From positions 65,648 to 129,647 of the forward strand of contig JAHLWS010000071.1 of assembly GCA_019057795.1 (NCBI GenBank): 64,000 bases of DNA, read 5' to 3'. Positions 1 to 9,436 of this stretch are shown piece by piece. The notes under the pieces are model-generated. The model was not told the DNA's origin. It was given only the letters and a program-made list of their open reading frames with translations, and did not search any database. Made by a program: the position numbers and the translations under genes. The DNA comes from Promethearchaeota archaeon. GTDB taxonomy: Archaea; Asgardarchaeota; Lokiarchaeia; Sigyniarchaeales; SOKP01. Every line of letters starts with the position of its first letter. The first letter of the stretch is position 1.

Positions 1-119
1 AATTTCTGGCTGCAATAATTTTTTAAATTCAATAATTTAAAACTTAATTTTGATGCGAACATATAAATATAATCGTATAAATTTATTTCACATAAGAAAT
101 TCAAATGAAGGTGAATTTT

Positions 120-539
120 TTGACTCGTATAGAAAGAAAAATAGAAATAAAAACATCCCCTAAGAAAATTTATGATATTTTAAATAATGATGAGCTTGAA
201 ACCGTATGGAATATTGTGGTAAGTGAAAGTACTACAATTGCTACTGATAAATATTCAATAAAATCTACTGTTGGTGATTTCATTTCAACTATTACGGAGA
301 GATTAGAAAACGAAAAAATATCTTATTCTATGGAGGGCAGCGCTTTTAGCACAATGGGCTATATTATGTCGCCTAAAGGTGATGGATCCGAAGTAACGAT
401 CTGGGCGGAAATTGAAGATGAGAAGCAAGAAAAAATGCTTGTGAAAGCTGCAGAAATACTTTTAGAAGGTTTGAAAAAATTCGTAGTTTTTATGGAAGAA
501 GGAGGCAACCCCGACGAATTTGATAAAAAAAAAAAATAA
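120..539 (+). CDS. SRPBCC/polyketide cyclase-like protein
   Basis: N-terminal 'TRIERKIEIKTSPKKIYDIL...WN' pattern; likely TTG start at 120 after GAAGGTGA SD (ORF track starts at 105). Confidence 0.7.
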   Translation: MTRIERKIEIKTSPKKIYDILNNDELETVWNIVVSESTTIATDKYSIKSTVGDFISTITERLENEKISYSMEGSAFSTMGYIMSPKGDGSEVTIWAEIEDEKQEKMLVKAAEILLEGLKKFVVFMEEGGNPDEFDKKKK

Positions 540-555
540 TTGTAAATCCTTAATT

Positions 556-603
556 TTAATTTTTTTTTCTTGAATTTATGTGATCTATTCTTTTTTGCAG
601 TAA
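556..603 (-). pseudogene. Remnant duplicate of purD 3' end (LLQKRIDHINSRKKN*)
   Basis: 572-603 matches purD 1926-1957 at 30/32 nt. Confidence 0.85.
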
Positions 604-772
604 TTTCTCCGAGTAAGCAAATTTCGGGAATAAAATTATTACCAACATAATCCTCAACGGTAAGTTGGCCGTAAATATCATCTCGAAGATAAAACATATA
701 AATTCATTATGCATATATTTATTGTATATTGAAATTCAAAATTAAATTGTTTAAGAGAGGTTTAAGAGTTTA

Positions 773-1375
773 ATGAGTTCGCAAATTAGTTGTCCAAATT
801 GTGGTAAGGTAAATAATATTAAAAATATATATTGCATTGAATGTGGATTTCAATTTGAAGGAAATAATTCTGTTGAGTTTCAAATTTTTGAAAATTTAAA
901 AGTAGATCTCTATAGCAGCATAATATGCATCATAATTTTTGTCGCTTTTATGATCTTAGTAACTGTTGGAATTATATCTCAATATGGCCTATATGGATAT
1001 ATTTCAATTTTAGTAATTTGGCCACTAACAATAGGTTTAATAGTTTGGGCAAAACGCTATTTTAAAGGGCTTTCAAAGTTTAGGAAGTTTACAATTACTA
1101 ATGATTTTATTGAAATAATTGTTCCTCTTAAGCCTGCCTTTCAAATTAAATGGTCTGAATTTGATTCTATTGAAATCACAAGACGAGACTCAATGGACTC
1201 TAGATTTGTATACTTTAACTTGATTTTTAAAGGAAAAAATGTAGAACATAGCTATGAATTTGAGTCAGGAAAAGATTTTAAAATGAAATCGAGGAAAAAA
1301 ATACTAATTGCTTTAGAACAATATTCTAAAGAAAGAGGAAAGGATTTTACAGGATGGAGACGGAAGGACAAGTAA
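773..1375 (+). CDS. Zinc-ribbon membrane protein with 2 TM segments and a PH-like C-terminal domain
   Basis: CPNCG...CIECG, two hydrophobic segments, GAGG SD. Confidence 0.7.
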   Translation: MSSQISCPNCGKVNNIKNIYCIECGFQFEGNNSVEFQIFENLKVDLYSSIICIIIFVAFMILVTVGIISQYGLYGYISILVIWPLTIGLIVWAKRYFKGLSKFRKFTITNDFIEIIVPLKPAFQIKWSEFDSIEITRRDSMDSRFVYFNLIFKGKNVEHSYEFESGKDFKMKSRKKILIALEQYSKERGKDFTGWRRKDK

Positions 1376-1416
1376 AAAAGGCATTAAAAGCTTAATTTAT
1401 AAATCATAAATAAATT

Positions 1417-1536
1417 TTAGAAATCAAGATAATCGGTAATAATTAGAACTGTGGATTCTACCAATTTAAAAGCATTTTCTGCCGTATCCCGATTGAAAAT
1501 CTCTGTAGGAATCCCTTCAGGTAATCCATTAGGATA
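1417..1536 (-). pseudogene. HEPN-domain C-terminal fragment
   Basis: Manual translation YPNGLPEGIPTEIFNRDTAENAFKLVESTVLIITDYLDF*, resembling the (R)YPxxLPxGxP..F...A..A end of HEPN proteins; no start or N-terminus. Confidence 0.6.
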
Positions 1537-1634
1537 TTATTATTTCTATATATTTTTATATTCATTGATAACGTGAAAGAATTCGTAATAAATAAGTTTA
1601 TAAAATTGAAGCTTGAAGGCGATAAGACTAAGTC

Positions 1635-1829
1635 TTAAGATTGTTTGTTTTGAATATATTTAACCCTAAATATCGCAAGTGCAATGCCATGAATGCCCCC
1701 GATTATACCCACTACAATTAATAATTGGTTATCATATAAATTTAATAGATAACTAATTATGATTATTAATGAACATACGATAACTGCACTCATAATTATT
1801 AGCCATTGTATCAATTTATTCCTTTCCAT
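1635..1829 (-). CDS. Small 2-TM membrane protein
   Basis: 64-aa ORF with two hydrophobic helices. Confidence 0.55.
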   Translation of the reverse strand: MERNKLIQWLIIMSAVIVCSLIIIISYLLNLYDNQLLIVVGIIGGIHGIALAIFRVKYIQNKQS

Positions 1830-1912
1830 TTTAATACTATCTTACTATTTTAATTTTTTTAATGATTGCACAATTGTTTCGTAGACTCCGAATATATGTG
1901 CATATAATGATA

Positions 1913-3232
1913 TTATTTTAGTAGAGAATTCATGTGATCTATTCTTTTTTGCAATAACTTTAAGGTTCCAACATCTTTTCTATAAAATAATTTTCCACTT
2001 ATACATCCAATTCCTTGTTCAGCAATCTTTTCTGCGCTTTCTAAATCGTTCGCAATCCCAACAACTCCTATAGCTCTTGAAGACGTAGTATAGACTTCAT
2101 TACCTTTACGGTAAACAGAAGCGTAATAATATCTCGCGCCAATCTGTTTCAACTTATTTTTATCGATTTTTACCAATTCGTCTTTCTTAGGAGCGCCGGG
2201 ATATCCTTCGGGAGCTAAATATTTACATACGGTAGCCTTATTCTCAAATTCAATATTGGATTTTAAGTTGCCATTTATTATTCCCATACAAACATCAATA
2301 AAATCGTTTTTTAATATAGGCAGTACGTTCATTGCTTCAGGATCTCCTAACCTAGAATTAAATTCAATTAATTTAATACCTTCTACAGTTTTCATGTACC
2401 CTCCGTACAAAAATCCTTTATATTCAACACCCGTTTCCGCCTTAACTGCAGCCACAACTTTCTTTATATCTTCGAGAGCTTCATCGACATCATTTTGAGT
2501 GATAAATGGCATTAGATGGTTCTCCATAGAGTAACTTCCCATACCTCCCGTATTTGGGCCAGTATCATCTTCGTAAGCTCTCTTATGATCTTGAACTAAG
2601 GGAGTACCAACGACATTTTTACCGTCAACAAATGTCTGAAGCGTGAATTCTTCTCCTTCGATTTTTTCTTCAATTATAAATAGCGATTTTTGTTTAACTA
2701 ATGTTTGACAATAATCTAAAATATCATGTTTCGAAAAAAGATGGTCACCATAAACTTTTACACCTTTTCCTCCAGTTAGACCATCTGGCTTAACTACGAT
2801 GTTTTCTACGCCTAAATCTTTAATATAATTTTCTACATTTTCCATGGAGTCAAATTTTTTACTCTTTATATTTGAACTGATTTTATACTTTTCCAAAAGT
2901 CTTCTAGTAAAGATTTTGGAGCCTTCTAGTTGAGCAGCCTCTATTCTGGGTCCAATACAGGGAATTCCATTTCTTTCTATAGCATCAACGATTCCGACAA
3001 CCAAAGGTGCCTCTGGACCAACAACAACAAAATCAATACTATTTAATTTACAATAATCAATAATTTCTTTGAAATCCATTTCAGAATGAACTTTAATTCT
3101 GCCTTGGCTTAAATCCTCTAAGCCTGCGTTTTTAGAACTCATAAAAGCATATAAATTAGCTCCACTACGAATTAAAGCTTCTCCTATTACGTGTTCTCTC
3201 GCACCGTGACCAATAATTAATACTTTGACCAT
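1913..3232 (-). CDS. purD: Phosphoribosylamine--glycine ligase
   Basis: GHGAREH, VVGPEAPL, LEGSK, KPDGLTGGKGV, QDHKRAYEDDTGPNTGGMG, EFNSRLGDPE. Confidence 0.97.
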   Translation of the reverse strand: MVKVLIIGHGAREHVIGEALIRSGANLYAFMSSKNAGLEDLSQGRIKVHSEMDFKEIIDYCKLNSIDFVVVGPEAPLVVGIVDAIERNGIPCIGPRIEAAQLEGSKIFTRRLLEKYKISSNIKSKKFDSMENVENYIKDLGVENIVVKPDGLTGGKGVKVYGDHLFSKHDILDYCQTLVKQKSLFIIEEKIEGEEFTLQTFVDGKNVVGTPLVQDHKRAYEDDTGPNTGGMGSYSMENHLMPFITQNDVDEALEDIKKVVAAVKAETGVEYKGFLYGGYMKTVEGIKLIEFNSRLGDPEAMNVLPILKNDFIDVCMGIINGNLKSNIEFENKATVCKYLAPEGYPGAPKKDELVKIDKNKLKQIGARYYYASVYRKGNEVYTTSSRAIGVVGIANDLESAEKIAEQGIGCISGKLFYRKDVGTLKLLQKRIDHMNSLLK

Positions 3233-3264
3233 TATTTACCAACAAAAATGAATAGAATTTCTAT

Positions 3265-3284
3265 TACGTATTAATACGTATTAA
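3265..3284. promoter_or_regulatory. 16-bp perfect palindrome / 10-bp tandem repeat upstream of purD
   Basis: TACGTATTAATACGTA (3265-3280); TACGTATTAA x2. Confidence 0.4.
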
Positions 3285-3490
3285 AGATAATATATAATTT
3301 AATTTGTTTTAATATTAATTTTAAAATAATTATTAATCAATGATTATTTTTCACTTTCATAGAGTTTATAGGATGGTTCTAAATGATGATTTTCTAAAGT
3401 TTATCAAATTAGAGAGATATCAATAACTTTAATATAGAACTTTAGTTAAATAAAAATTAATAGTTAAAAAAGAACCGTAAAAATACGACC

Positions 3491-6127
3491 ATGAAACCAA
3501 AAGGGATTCTAACCTTAACTGGAAAAAATCTAAGATGTTTAGCTATGCCTTTAGGAGGCATCGGGACGGGATCTATTGCTATTGGTGGAGATGGACTTTT
3601 AAAGCAATGGCAAATTAATAATAATATAAATCATCGCTCATTTGTACCAAATTGTTTTTTTGCTATAAGAACACGCGAATTAAATAATTCAGATGGAAAG
3701 ATAATTACACGCGCATTGATTAGTTCCAAACCTCACGAAGAACCTAATTTTATCCCGGCTAAATCCATTGGGGATCACATAATAAGTAAAGAAATGAAAA
3801 AATTATTTAATGCGCTACCTGAAGTTGAGAACATTCAATTTGATGGCGAATATCCCATTTCATTTTTGCAATTCAAGGATGCTTTACTCCCAATTGAGAT
3901 TAATTTGAAAGCCTTTAATCCGTTTATACCTTTAGATCCAAAAAACTCTGGATTACCAGTGATAATTTTTCAATTTCAAGTTAAGAACATTACTAAAGAG
4001 AATATTGAAGTAATTCTTTTGGGAAATTTATTAAATTTTATTGGATGGGATGGACTAAAAACATTAAGGGGCGATTCTAACCCTCTATTTGGGGGTAATT
4101 TGAACCTTCACAAACGTGTGGGTAATTGGAATGCTATTCATATGAAATCAAAATTACTTCTTAAAACCGATAAACGATACGGTGACTTAACACTAGCTAT
4201 TGATCAACCTGATGCTATGGTATCAACTCAATGGGAAGATTTTGAAGATTTCTGGTCTCAATTTTCGAAAGAAGGCGTTTTGATGGAACCAAGTGAGGAT
4301 GATATAAGTAAAATCGGAAAGACATATACAGGAAGCCTTGCAGCGAAAAAAGTCTTAAAACCCGATGAAGAAGCAGTAATCACGTTTTATTTGGCTTGGA
4401 ACTTTCCAAATCGCTTTATGGATTGGCGTTTGAATAGGGCTTTATTTCCCGATACAAAAACAGAATACTGGATTGGAAATCGTTATAATGAGTGGTTTAA
4501 CAATTCAATAAAAGTTATTGAATATGTGAGAGACAATTGGTCGTTTTTATTAGACAACACATTTAGGTTTCACGAAGATTTTTTTTATAGTACACTTCCT
4601 TCTGAAGTATTGACTTCAATTTCTGCAACATTTTCGACAATTAGGACTCCAACTTGTTTATGGATAAGAGATGGATCATTTTACGGATTTGAGGGATGCA
4701 ACGGAGTTTCTACGGGAGAAAGATCAGGAGGAAGTTGCCCTCTAAATTGTACACATGTTTGGAATTACGAATTTAGCCTAGCACATCTATTTCCTACCCT
4801 CGAAAGAACAATGCGAGTGACAGAATTTAAGACACAGCATAAATCAGGTTATATACCTCATCGTGCTGTTATTCCATTGTACTTACCACAATTTGAAATG
4901 ATTCCTGATCCTGGAGATGTCTCTCCTGCTATAGACGGAATGTTTGGAATGATTTTAAAGATCTATCGAGATTTTCTAATCAGTGGCGATTTAAAATTCC
5001 TAGAGGAATCTTGGCCTAATATTCAAAACCTAATGGAGTACATACTAAAAGATTACGACAATGATTTAGATGGCGTAATTTCTTGTGCTCAACCTAATAC
5101 ATACGATTGTTCTCTTTATGGCGTTAATACTTTTATAGGGTCGCTTTATTTAGTAGCACTTCTTGCTTGTGAACAAATCGCTACAAAATTAAATCTACCA
5201 GATTGGGCTAAGAAATGTAAGGGTATATTTGATTCTGGTCGTAAAATTCTTGATAAAGAATGTTGGAATGGAGAATATTACATCCAAAAATACGACGAAA
5301 TTAAAATAAAAGAATATCAATATGGAATTGGCTGTTTTTCTGACCAATTAGTTGGCCAATGGTGGGCATTTCACTTAGGTTTTGGATATATCTTGCCAGT
5401 TGAACATGTTGATAAGGCAATAGAATCTATAGTGAAATACAATTTTAAAGAATCTCTTGAAGGAATAACCCAAACTCCAAGAATATTCGCGTCACCTACG
5501 GACCCTGGATTATTAATTTGCACCTGGCCTCATGGAAATAAACCTACGGTTCCAACATATTACACTGATGAAGTATGGACGGGAATTGAATATGAAATTG
5601 CTGCACTATGTATTTATACAAACCGTATCGATGACGGTTTAACGATTATTAATTCGATTAGGAAAAGATACGATGGTTCACATAGAAATCCTTGGAACGA
5701 AGTAGAATGTGGCGATCACTATGTTAGGCCAATGTCATCGTGGACTTTGCTTCACGCGTTAACGGGAATTTCTTACTCAGTTGAACTTAAACAGTTCTTA
5801 CTCGCACCGAGAATAAACCCAACTAATTTTCAATCGTTTTTTATTACTAATACTGCTTGGGGTAAAGTGAATCAAGAACTAAGTGAAGGAAGATTAAATT
5901 TTTCTATATGTGTTTCTTATGGAAACCTCGATCTTAAATCAATTCTCTTGAAATCTATAGAAAAACTCAATTTTGATAAAATCAAATATTGCAAAATATT
6001 AAGCCCTAAAAAGGAGGATAATATAATAAACGCAAAATTAATTCGCAATAATTCAGGTATAGAAATTTCTCTTTCAGAAACAATTTCTATTAAAGAAAAT
6101 CAAAAACTTCTAATTGAATTAATTTAA
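3491..6127 (+). CDS. GH116 family beta-glycosidase (non-lysosomal glucosylceramidase-like)
   Basis: MPLGGIGTG, FYGFEG, NCTHVWNY, QPNTYD, DQLVGQW, EVWTGIEY, NPWNEVECG. Confidence 0.9.
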   Translation: MKPKGILTLTGKNLRCLAMPLGGIGTGSIAIGGDGLLKQWQINNNINHRSFVPNCFFAIRTRELNNSDGKIITRALISSKPHEEPNFIPAKSIGDHIISKEMKKLFNALPEVENIQFDGEYPISFLQFKDALLPIEINLKAFNPFIPLDPKNSGLPVIIFQFQVKNITKENIEVILLGNLLNFIGWDGLKTLRGDSNPLFGGNLNLHKRVGNWNAIHMKSKLLLKTDKRYGDLTLAIDQPDAMVSTQWEDFEDFWSQFSKEGVLMEPSEDDISKIGKTYTGSLAAKKVLKPDEEAVITFYLAWNFPNRFMDWRLNRALFPDTKTEYWIGNRYNEWFNNSIKVIEYVRDNWSFLLDNTFRFHEDFFYSTLPSEVLTSISATFSTIRTPTCLWIRDGSFYGFEGCNGVSTGERSGGSCPLNCTHVWNYEFSLAHLFPTLERTMRVTEFKTQHKSGYIPHRAVIPLYLPQFEMIPDPGDVSPAIDGMFGMILKIYRDFLISGDLKFLEESWPNIQNLMEYILKDYDNDLDGVISCAQPNTYDCSLYGVNTFIGSLYLVALLACEQIATKLNLPDWAKKCKGIFDSGRKILDKECWNGEYYIQKYDEIKIKEYQYGIGCFSDQLVGQWWAFHLGFGYILPVEHVDKAIESIVKYNFKESLEGITQTPRIFASPTDPGLLICTWPHGNKPTVPTYYTDEVWTGIEYEIAALCIYTNRIDDGLTIINSIRKRYDGSHRNPWNEVECGDHYVRPMSSWTLLHALTGISYSVELKQFLLAPRINPTNFQSFFITNTAWGKVNQELSEGRLNFSICVSYGNLDLKSILLKSIEKLNFDKIKYCKILSPKKEDNIINAKLIRNNSGIEISLSETISIKENQKLLIELI

Positions 6128-6210
6128 ACTAGATATACTGCTCACGAATGCTAAGATGTCCATAAATATAAAGATTTCTTAAGAATAAATGCCCATATTT
6201 GATTATATCA

Positions 6211-6786
6211 TTAAACTTTTTGACCACAACTTGCACAAAATTTTGCTTCCTCGTGCAATTCTATTCCACAATTCGAGCAATGCTTAGCTAATTTAGTTTC
6301 TTGAATTTCATTTAATTTTTCTGCTACATTCGATCCACAGTGAGGGCAAAATTTTGCATCGTCAATTATTTCTGTATGACAATAAGGACAATTTACTTTG
6401 GAAACCGGTTTATCAACGATTGGTTTGGATAGTAAAGATATAGTTTTTTTAGGCGCTTGAGTCGTTCCAGCTTGAACTATAAATGGGAATGTAATGTTGT
6501 GACCCCTCTTAGTCGTAAGTGTAGCAGTTAAATCATAAACTCCATTTTCTTTAACTAATATTGTAAATAGACGATTTTTACTATGATGCTTTGCAATTCC
6601 ACCATACCATTCTGATTTAACTAATAACCTAACCTGGGATGGCACGGACAACCTTACTCTTACTTGAGGCATATAATTTTCAGTAAGATTTTGAACAGTG
6701 AGATAGAATTCTTTACGTCTACCTAAACTTACATTAAGTGCGTCGACGTTACCTTTTAAACTAATGGTAAAATCTGATTCTGACAT
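6211..6786 (-). CDS. Ig-like domain plus double zinc-ribbon protein
   Basis: CPYC..AKFCPHCG and CSNCG..AKFCASCG. Confidence 0.75.
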   Translation of the reverse strand: MSESDFTISLKGNVDALNVSLGRRKEFYLTVQNLTENYMPQVRVRLSVPSQVRLLVKSEWYGGIAKHHSKNRLFTILVKENGVYDLTATLTTKRGHNITFPFIVQAGTTQAPKKTISLLSKPIVDKPVSKVNCPYCHTEIIDDAKFCPHCGSNVAEKLNEIQETKLAKHCSNCGIELHEEAKFCASCGQKV

Positions 6787-6973
6787 TTTTATAATCCTTT
6801 TCTTTTAATTTTGTTTAGATAATTTGAATATTTATTTGTTTATGTTATTTTAAATCATTTTTAAAAATTAATGTTTCTTCTTATAGGAATTAAATAAATA
6901 TTATTATATATAAAATTCATAGTCCAATTTTTTATATGTAAAAAAAAATTAAAAAAGATTAAAGTTAAACTAT

Positions 6974-8125
6974 TTATTTTTTATATACTCCGTAAGTCTT
7001 GCAGGTATCTATCATTGCTTTAACATTTTCGAGTTTTGCGTCGTCTGGAATCTCGGCTCCAACAAATAACCCTCCTCCTTCGGCACATTTGTCAATAATT
7101 TCTTTTGTTTGCTTTTCGATCATAGCAGGCGTTCCCAAGGTAAATAGGGAAGGTTTGAGATTTCCTTGAATGCATATATGGTCTCCAAGGATTTCCTTGG
7201 CTTTGAATATATCTGTTCTTTCGTCCATATGTAAATATAATTTGCCCTTTGGTAATTCTTTAAGGTAATGTAATCGATCTGTCCAATCCGTATCCAAATG
7301 CATTTGAACTATATATCCATTGTTCACATATTTCGAAACCATTTTCTTAAAATAAGGCCAATAAAGTTCTTCAAAATGTTTTATTGAAATGAAATCAGAG
7401 CTAGCCCTTGCTCCACCAACTATAAGAGTTTTTCCACCACTCATCGAAGCTCCGTATTCCCCCATTAATATTAAGTTATCAATCAGAAAATCGCTTGCTT
7501 CTATTATTTTATCAGGATATCGATATATATCTTTCATAAAATTAGTAGAACCTCGAAATACAGAGAATAGTTCGAAGGGAATAGCACCACCTCCATCACT
7601 AAATGTAGGAACCTGAAAATAATTCCACCACCTTTCTGTATTTTCAGCAACTTTCGCTCCAATTTTACCTAGTTTTGCCATATCTTTTATTCCGGCTCTT
7701 TTAAAATTAGCGAGCCATAAGAAACCTTCATCAATTATTTTATCGTAATCTGATGCTTTCATGAAAGGATCATCAAGACTTTGTTCAACAAGTTGAGGAA
7801 ACTCTTTTTGCCCTAACATCCGTCCAGGTAATCTCCAGTCAAGGTAAAACATAGAAAAAATATCAGGAAATGGGTTTACATGCATCATATACATTCCACC
7901 ACCAGCCATAGCTATGTCATATCCCCCTAACTTGTGGTAAATCCATTCGTAAGCTTCCTGTGATTTGTCTGGATCCTCAATCATCTCTTGGGCTGTAACA
8001 TCGTAATAGGAAACAGGTAGGTAATCTATTAACGGCCAGACGGGAACCCTATCGGGCTCTTTTAAAGCCATTGCTGTTAACACTCTTTCAACCGAAGTCA
8101 TAGGTTCTTCTTTAATAGGCTCCAT
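6974..8125 (-). CDS. UroD/MtaA-CmuA family methyltransferase
   Basis: MTSVERV..EPDRVPV N-terminus, IQGNL, GGGLF..EIP..AKLENVKAM; follows the corrinoid gene. Confidence 0.88.
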   Translation of the reverse strand: MEPIKEEPMTSVERVLTAMALKEPDRVPVWPLIDYLPVSYYDVTAQEMIEDPDKSQEAYEWIYHKLGGYDIAMAGGGMYMMHVNPFPDIFSMFYLDWRLPGRMLGQKEFPQLVEQSLDDPFMKASDYDKIIDEGFLWLANFKRAGIKDMAKLGKIGAKVAENTERWWNYFQVPTFSDGGGAIPFELFSVFRGSTNFMKDIYRYPDKIIEASDFLIDNLILMGEYGASMSGGKTLIVGGARASSDFISIKHFEELYWPYFKKMVSKYVNNGYIVQMHLDTDWTDRLHYLKELPKGKLYLHMDERTDIFKAKEILGDHICIQGNLKPSLFTLGTPAMIEKQTKEIIDKCAEGGGLFVGAEIPDDAKLENVKAMIDTCKTYGVYKK

Positions 8126-8127
8126 TT

Positions 8128-8769
8128 TTACCCCTCCCTCAACCAGTTAGTTACTATCTTTACGCCCTTAAATGCATTATCGGTATATGCGTCAGCTCCT
8201 ACTTCTTTCATCCACATCTCATCAACGGGTAATCCTCCAATAATAATTTTTACTTCCCCTCTCAATCCAGCCGATTTTAATGCTTCAGTTGTTTCTTTCA
8301 TTGAATCAAGTGCTACTGTTAATAATCCGGAATAAGCAACTATATCTGCTTTAGTTTCTTTAACTTTATTAATAAATTTTTCGGCGGCTATATCAACTCC
8401 TAAATCATGAACTTCAAATCCTGCTGCTTGTAAAAGAGTTACAAAAATATTCTTCCCGATATCATGTACATCCCCTTTAACTGTTCCTATTACAACTACT
8501 CCCAAACTCTCACTCGTTTCGGATCCTTCTTTCATTGCCGTTTCAAGAATTTTAGCTGATTGCTGGAAAATTTCGCCGGACATAACTAGTTCGGTTAAAA
8601 AGTATTCTTTTTTATTAAATCTTTCTCCAACAATTTCTACTCCTTTGCGTAATATATCGATAATTTCCTTTGGATTGACTCCTTCGTCGAGAACTTTTTT
8701 TACAAGCGTATAAGATTTCTCTTCTTCTAATTCTGTAATTGCTTGAAGAAGTTCTTCTTTAGCACCCAT
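8128..8769 (-). CDS. Corrinoid (B12-binding) protein of a methyltransferase system
   Basis: GTVKGDVHDIGKN B12-binding motif, DLGVD, SGLLT, IIGG. Confidence 0.93.
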   Translation of the reverse strand: MGAKEELLQAITELEEEKSYTLVKKVLDEGVNPKEIIDILRKGVEIVGERFNKKEYFLTELVMSGEIFQQSAKILETAMKEGSETSESLGVVVIGTVKGDVHDIGKNIFVTLLQAAGFEVHDLGVDIAAEKFINKVKETKADIVAYSGLLTVALDSMKETTEALKSAGLRGEVKIIIGGLPVDEMWMKEVGADAYTDNAFKGVKIVTNWLREG

Positions 8770-8924
8770 TATTTATTTTTACCTCCCATTTTCTTTTTCA
8801 TAAAAGCAAAAATTAAACGCCTCATTGAAAATTTCTTACCATTTTTGCCCCAAAGAACTTTACCTATTGCTTCATACATTTCATCTTCATCGGCATAATT
8901 TGGTTTTTTTGAAAATTCTTCCAT
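8769..8924 (-). CDS. Unannotated 51-aa protein coupled to the corrinoid gene
   Basis: MEEFSKKPNYADEDEMYEAIGKVLWGKNGKKFSMRRLIFAFMKKKMGGKNK*; GGAGGT SD at 8931-8936; TAATG stop/start overlap at 8769. Confidence 0.75.
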   Translation of the reverse strand: MEEFSKKPNYADEDEMYEAIGKVLWGKNGKKFSMRRLIFAFMKKKMGGKNK

Positions 8925-9072
8925 TTTAATACCTCCAAATTTCTAATTTTTTGATTTTTATTCTGTCTTAAATTATATATATTTTAAATTTTTTAAAAAT
9001 TTTTAAAATAAATCATTAATCTTTAAGATATCTTATCTTATCTTATCAGATTATTGATTTTCTTGGTATGAA

Positions 9073-9294
9073 TTACTTCTCTTTTTTCTTTCCCGCTATT
9101 TTGATATACATTAATACTCCCATAAAACCTCCCATAAATCCACTAATTAAACCACTAATAGCATGATTTATTCCATTTATTAAATTATCTGTTGGAAATG
9201 GTATTACGAAAAAATTCATGAGGAAGCTCATTATAACTCCCATAATAGCTCCAATTATTCCAGCTTTTAATGATTCCTTGACATTATTATTCAA
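9073..9294 (-). CDS. Small Gly-rich 2-TM membrane protein
   Basis: TTG start after AGGAGG; two TM helices. Confidence 0.7.
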   Translation of the reverse strand: MNNNVKESLKAGIIGAIMGVIMSFLMNFFVIPFPTDNLINGINHAISGLISGFMGGFMGVLMYIKIAGKKKEK

Positions 9295-9436
9295 GATAGT
9301 ATCCTCCTTATTTTTAATCTGTGTTTATTTATTATATTTTATTTATTTATTTGTTATTATAATTTTTATTCGTTCTTGAAACATATAAACTTTAAAGAAA
9401 AAAACATTATCGAATTAAATAATATTTTAATTTGCA

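Noticed and set aside
359-697. 112-aa minus-strand ORF
   Set aside because: Chimera of an unknown 5' fragment, the purD remnant (out of frame) and antisense of the SRPBCC gene.
9024-9046. TCTTA short tandem repeats/palindrome upstream of the methyltransferase operon
   Set aside because: Low-complexity AT-rich sequence; cannot be distinguished from slippage.
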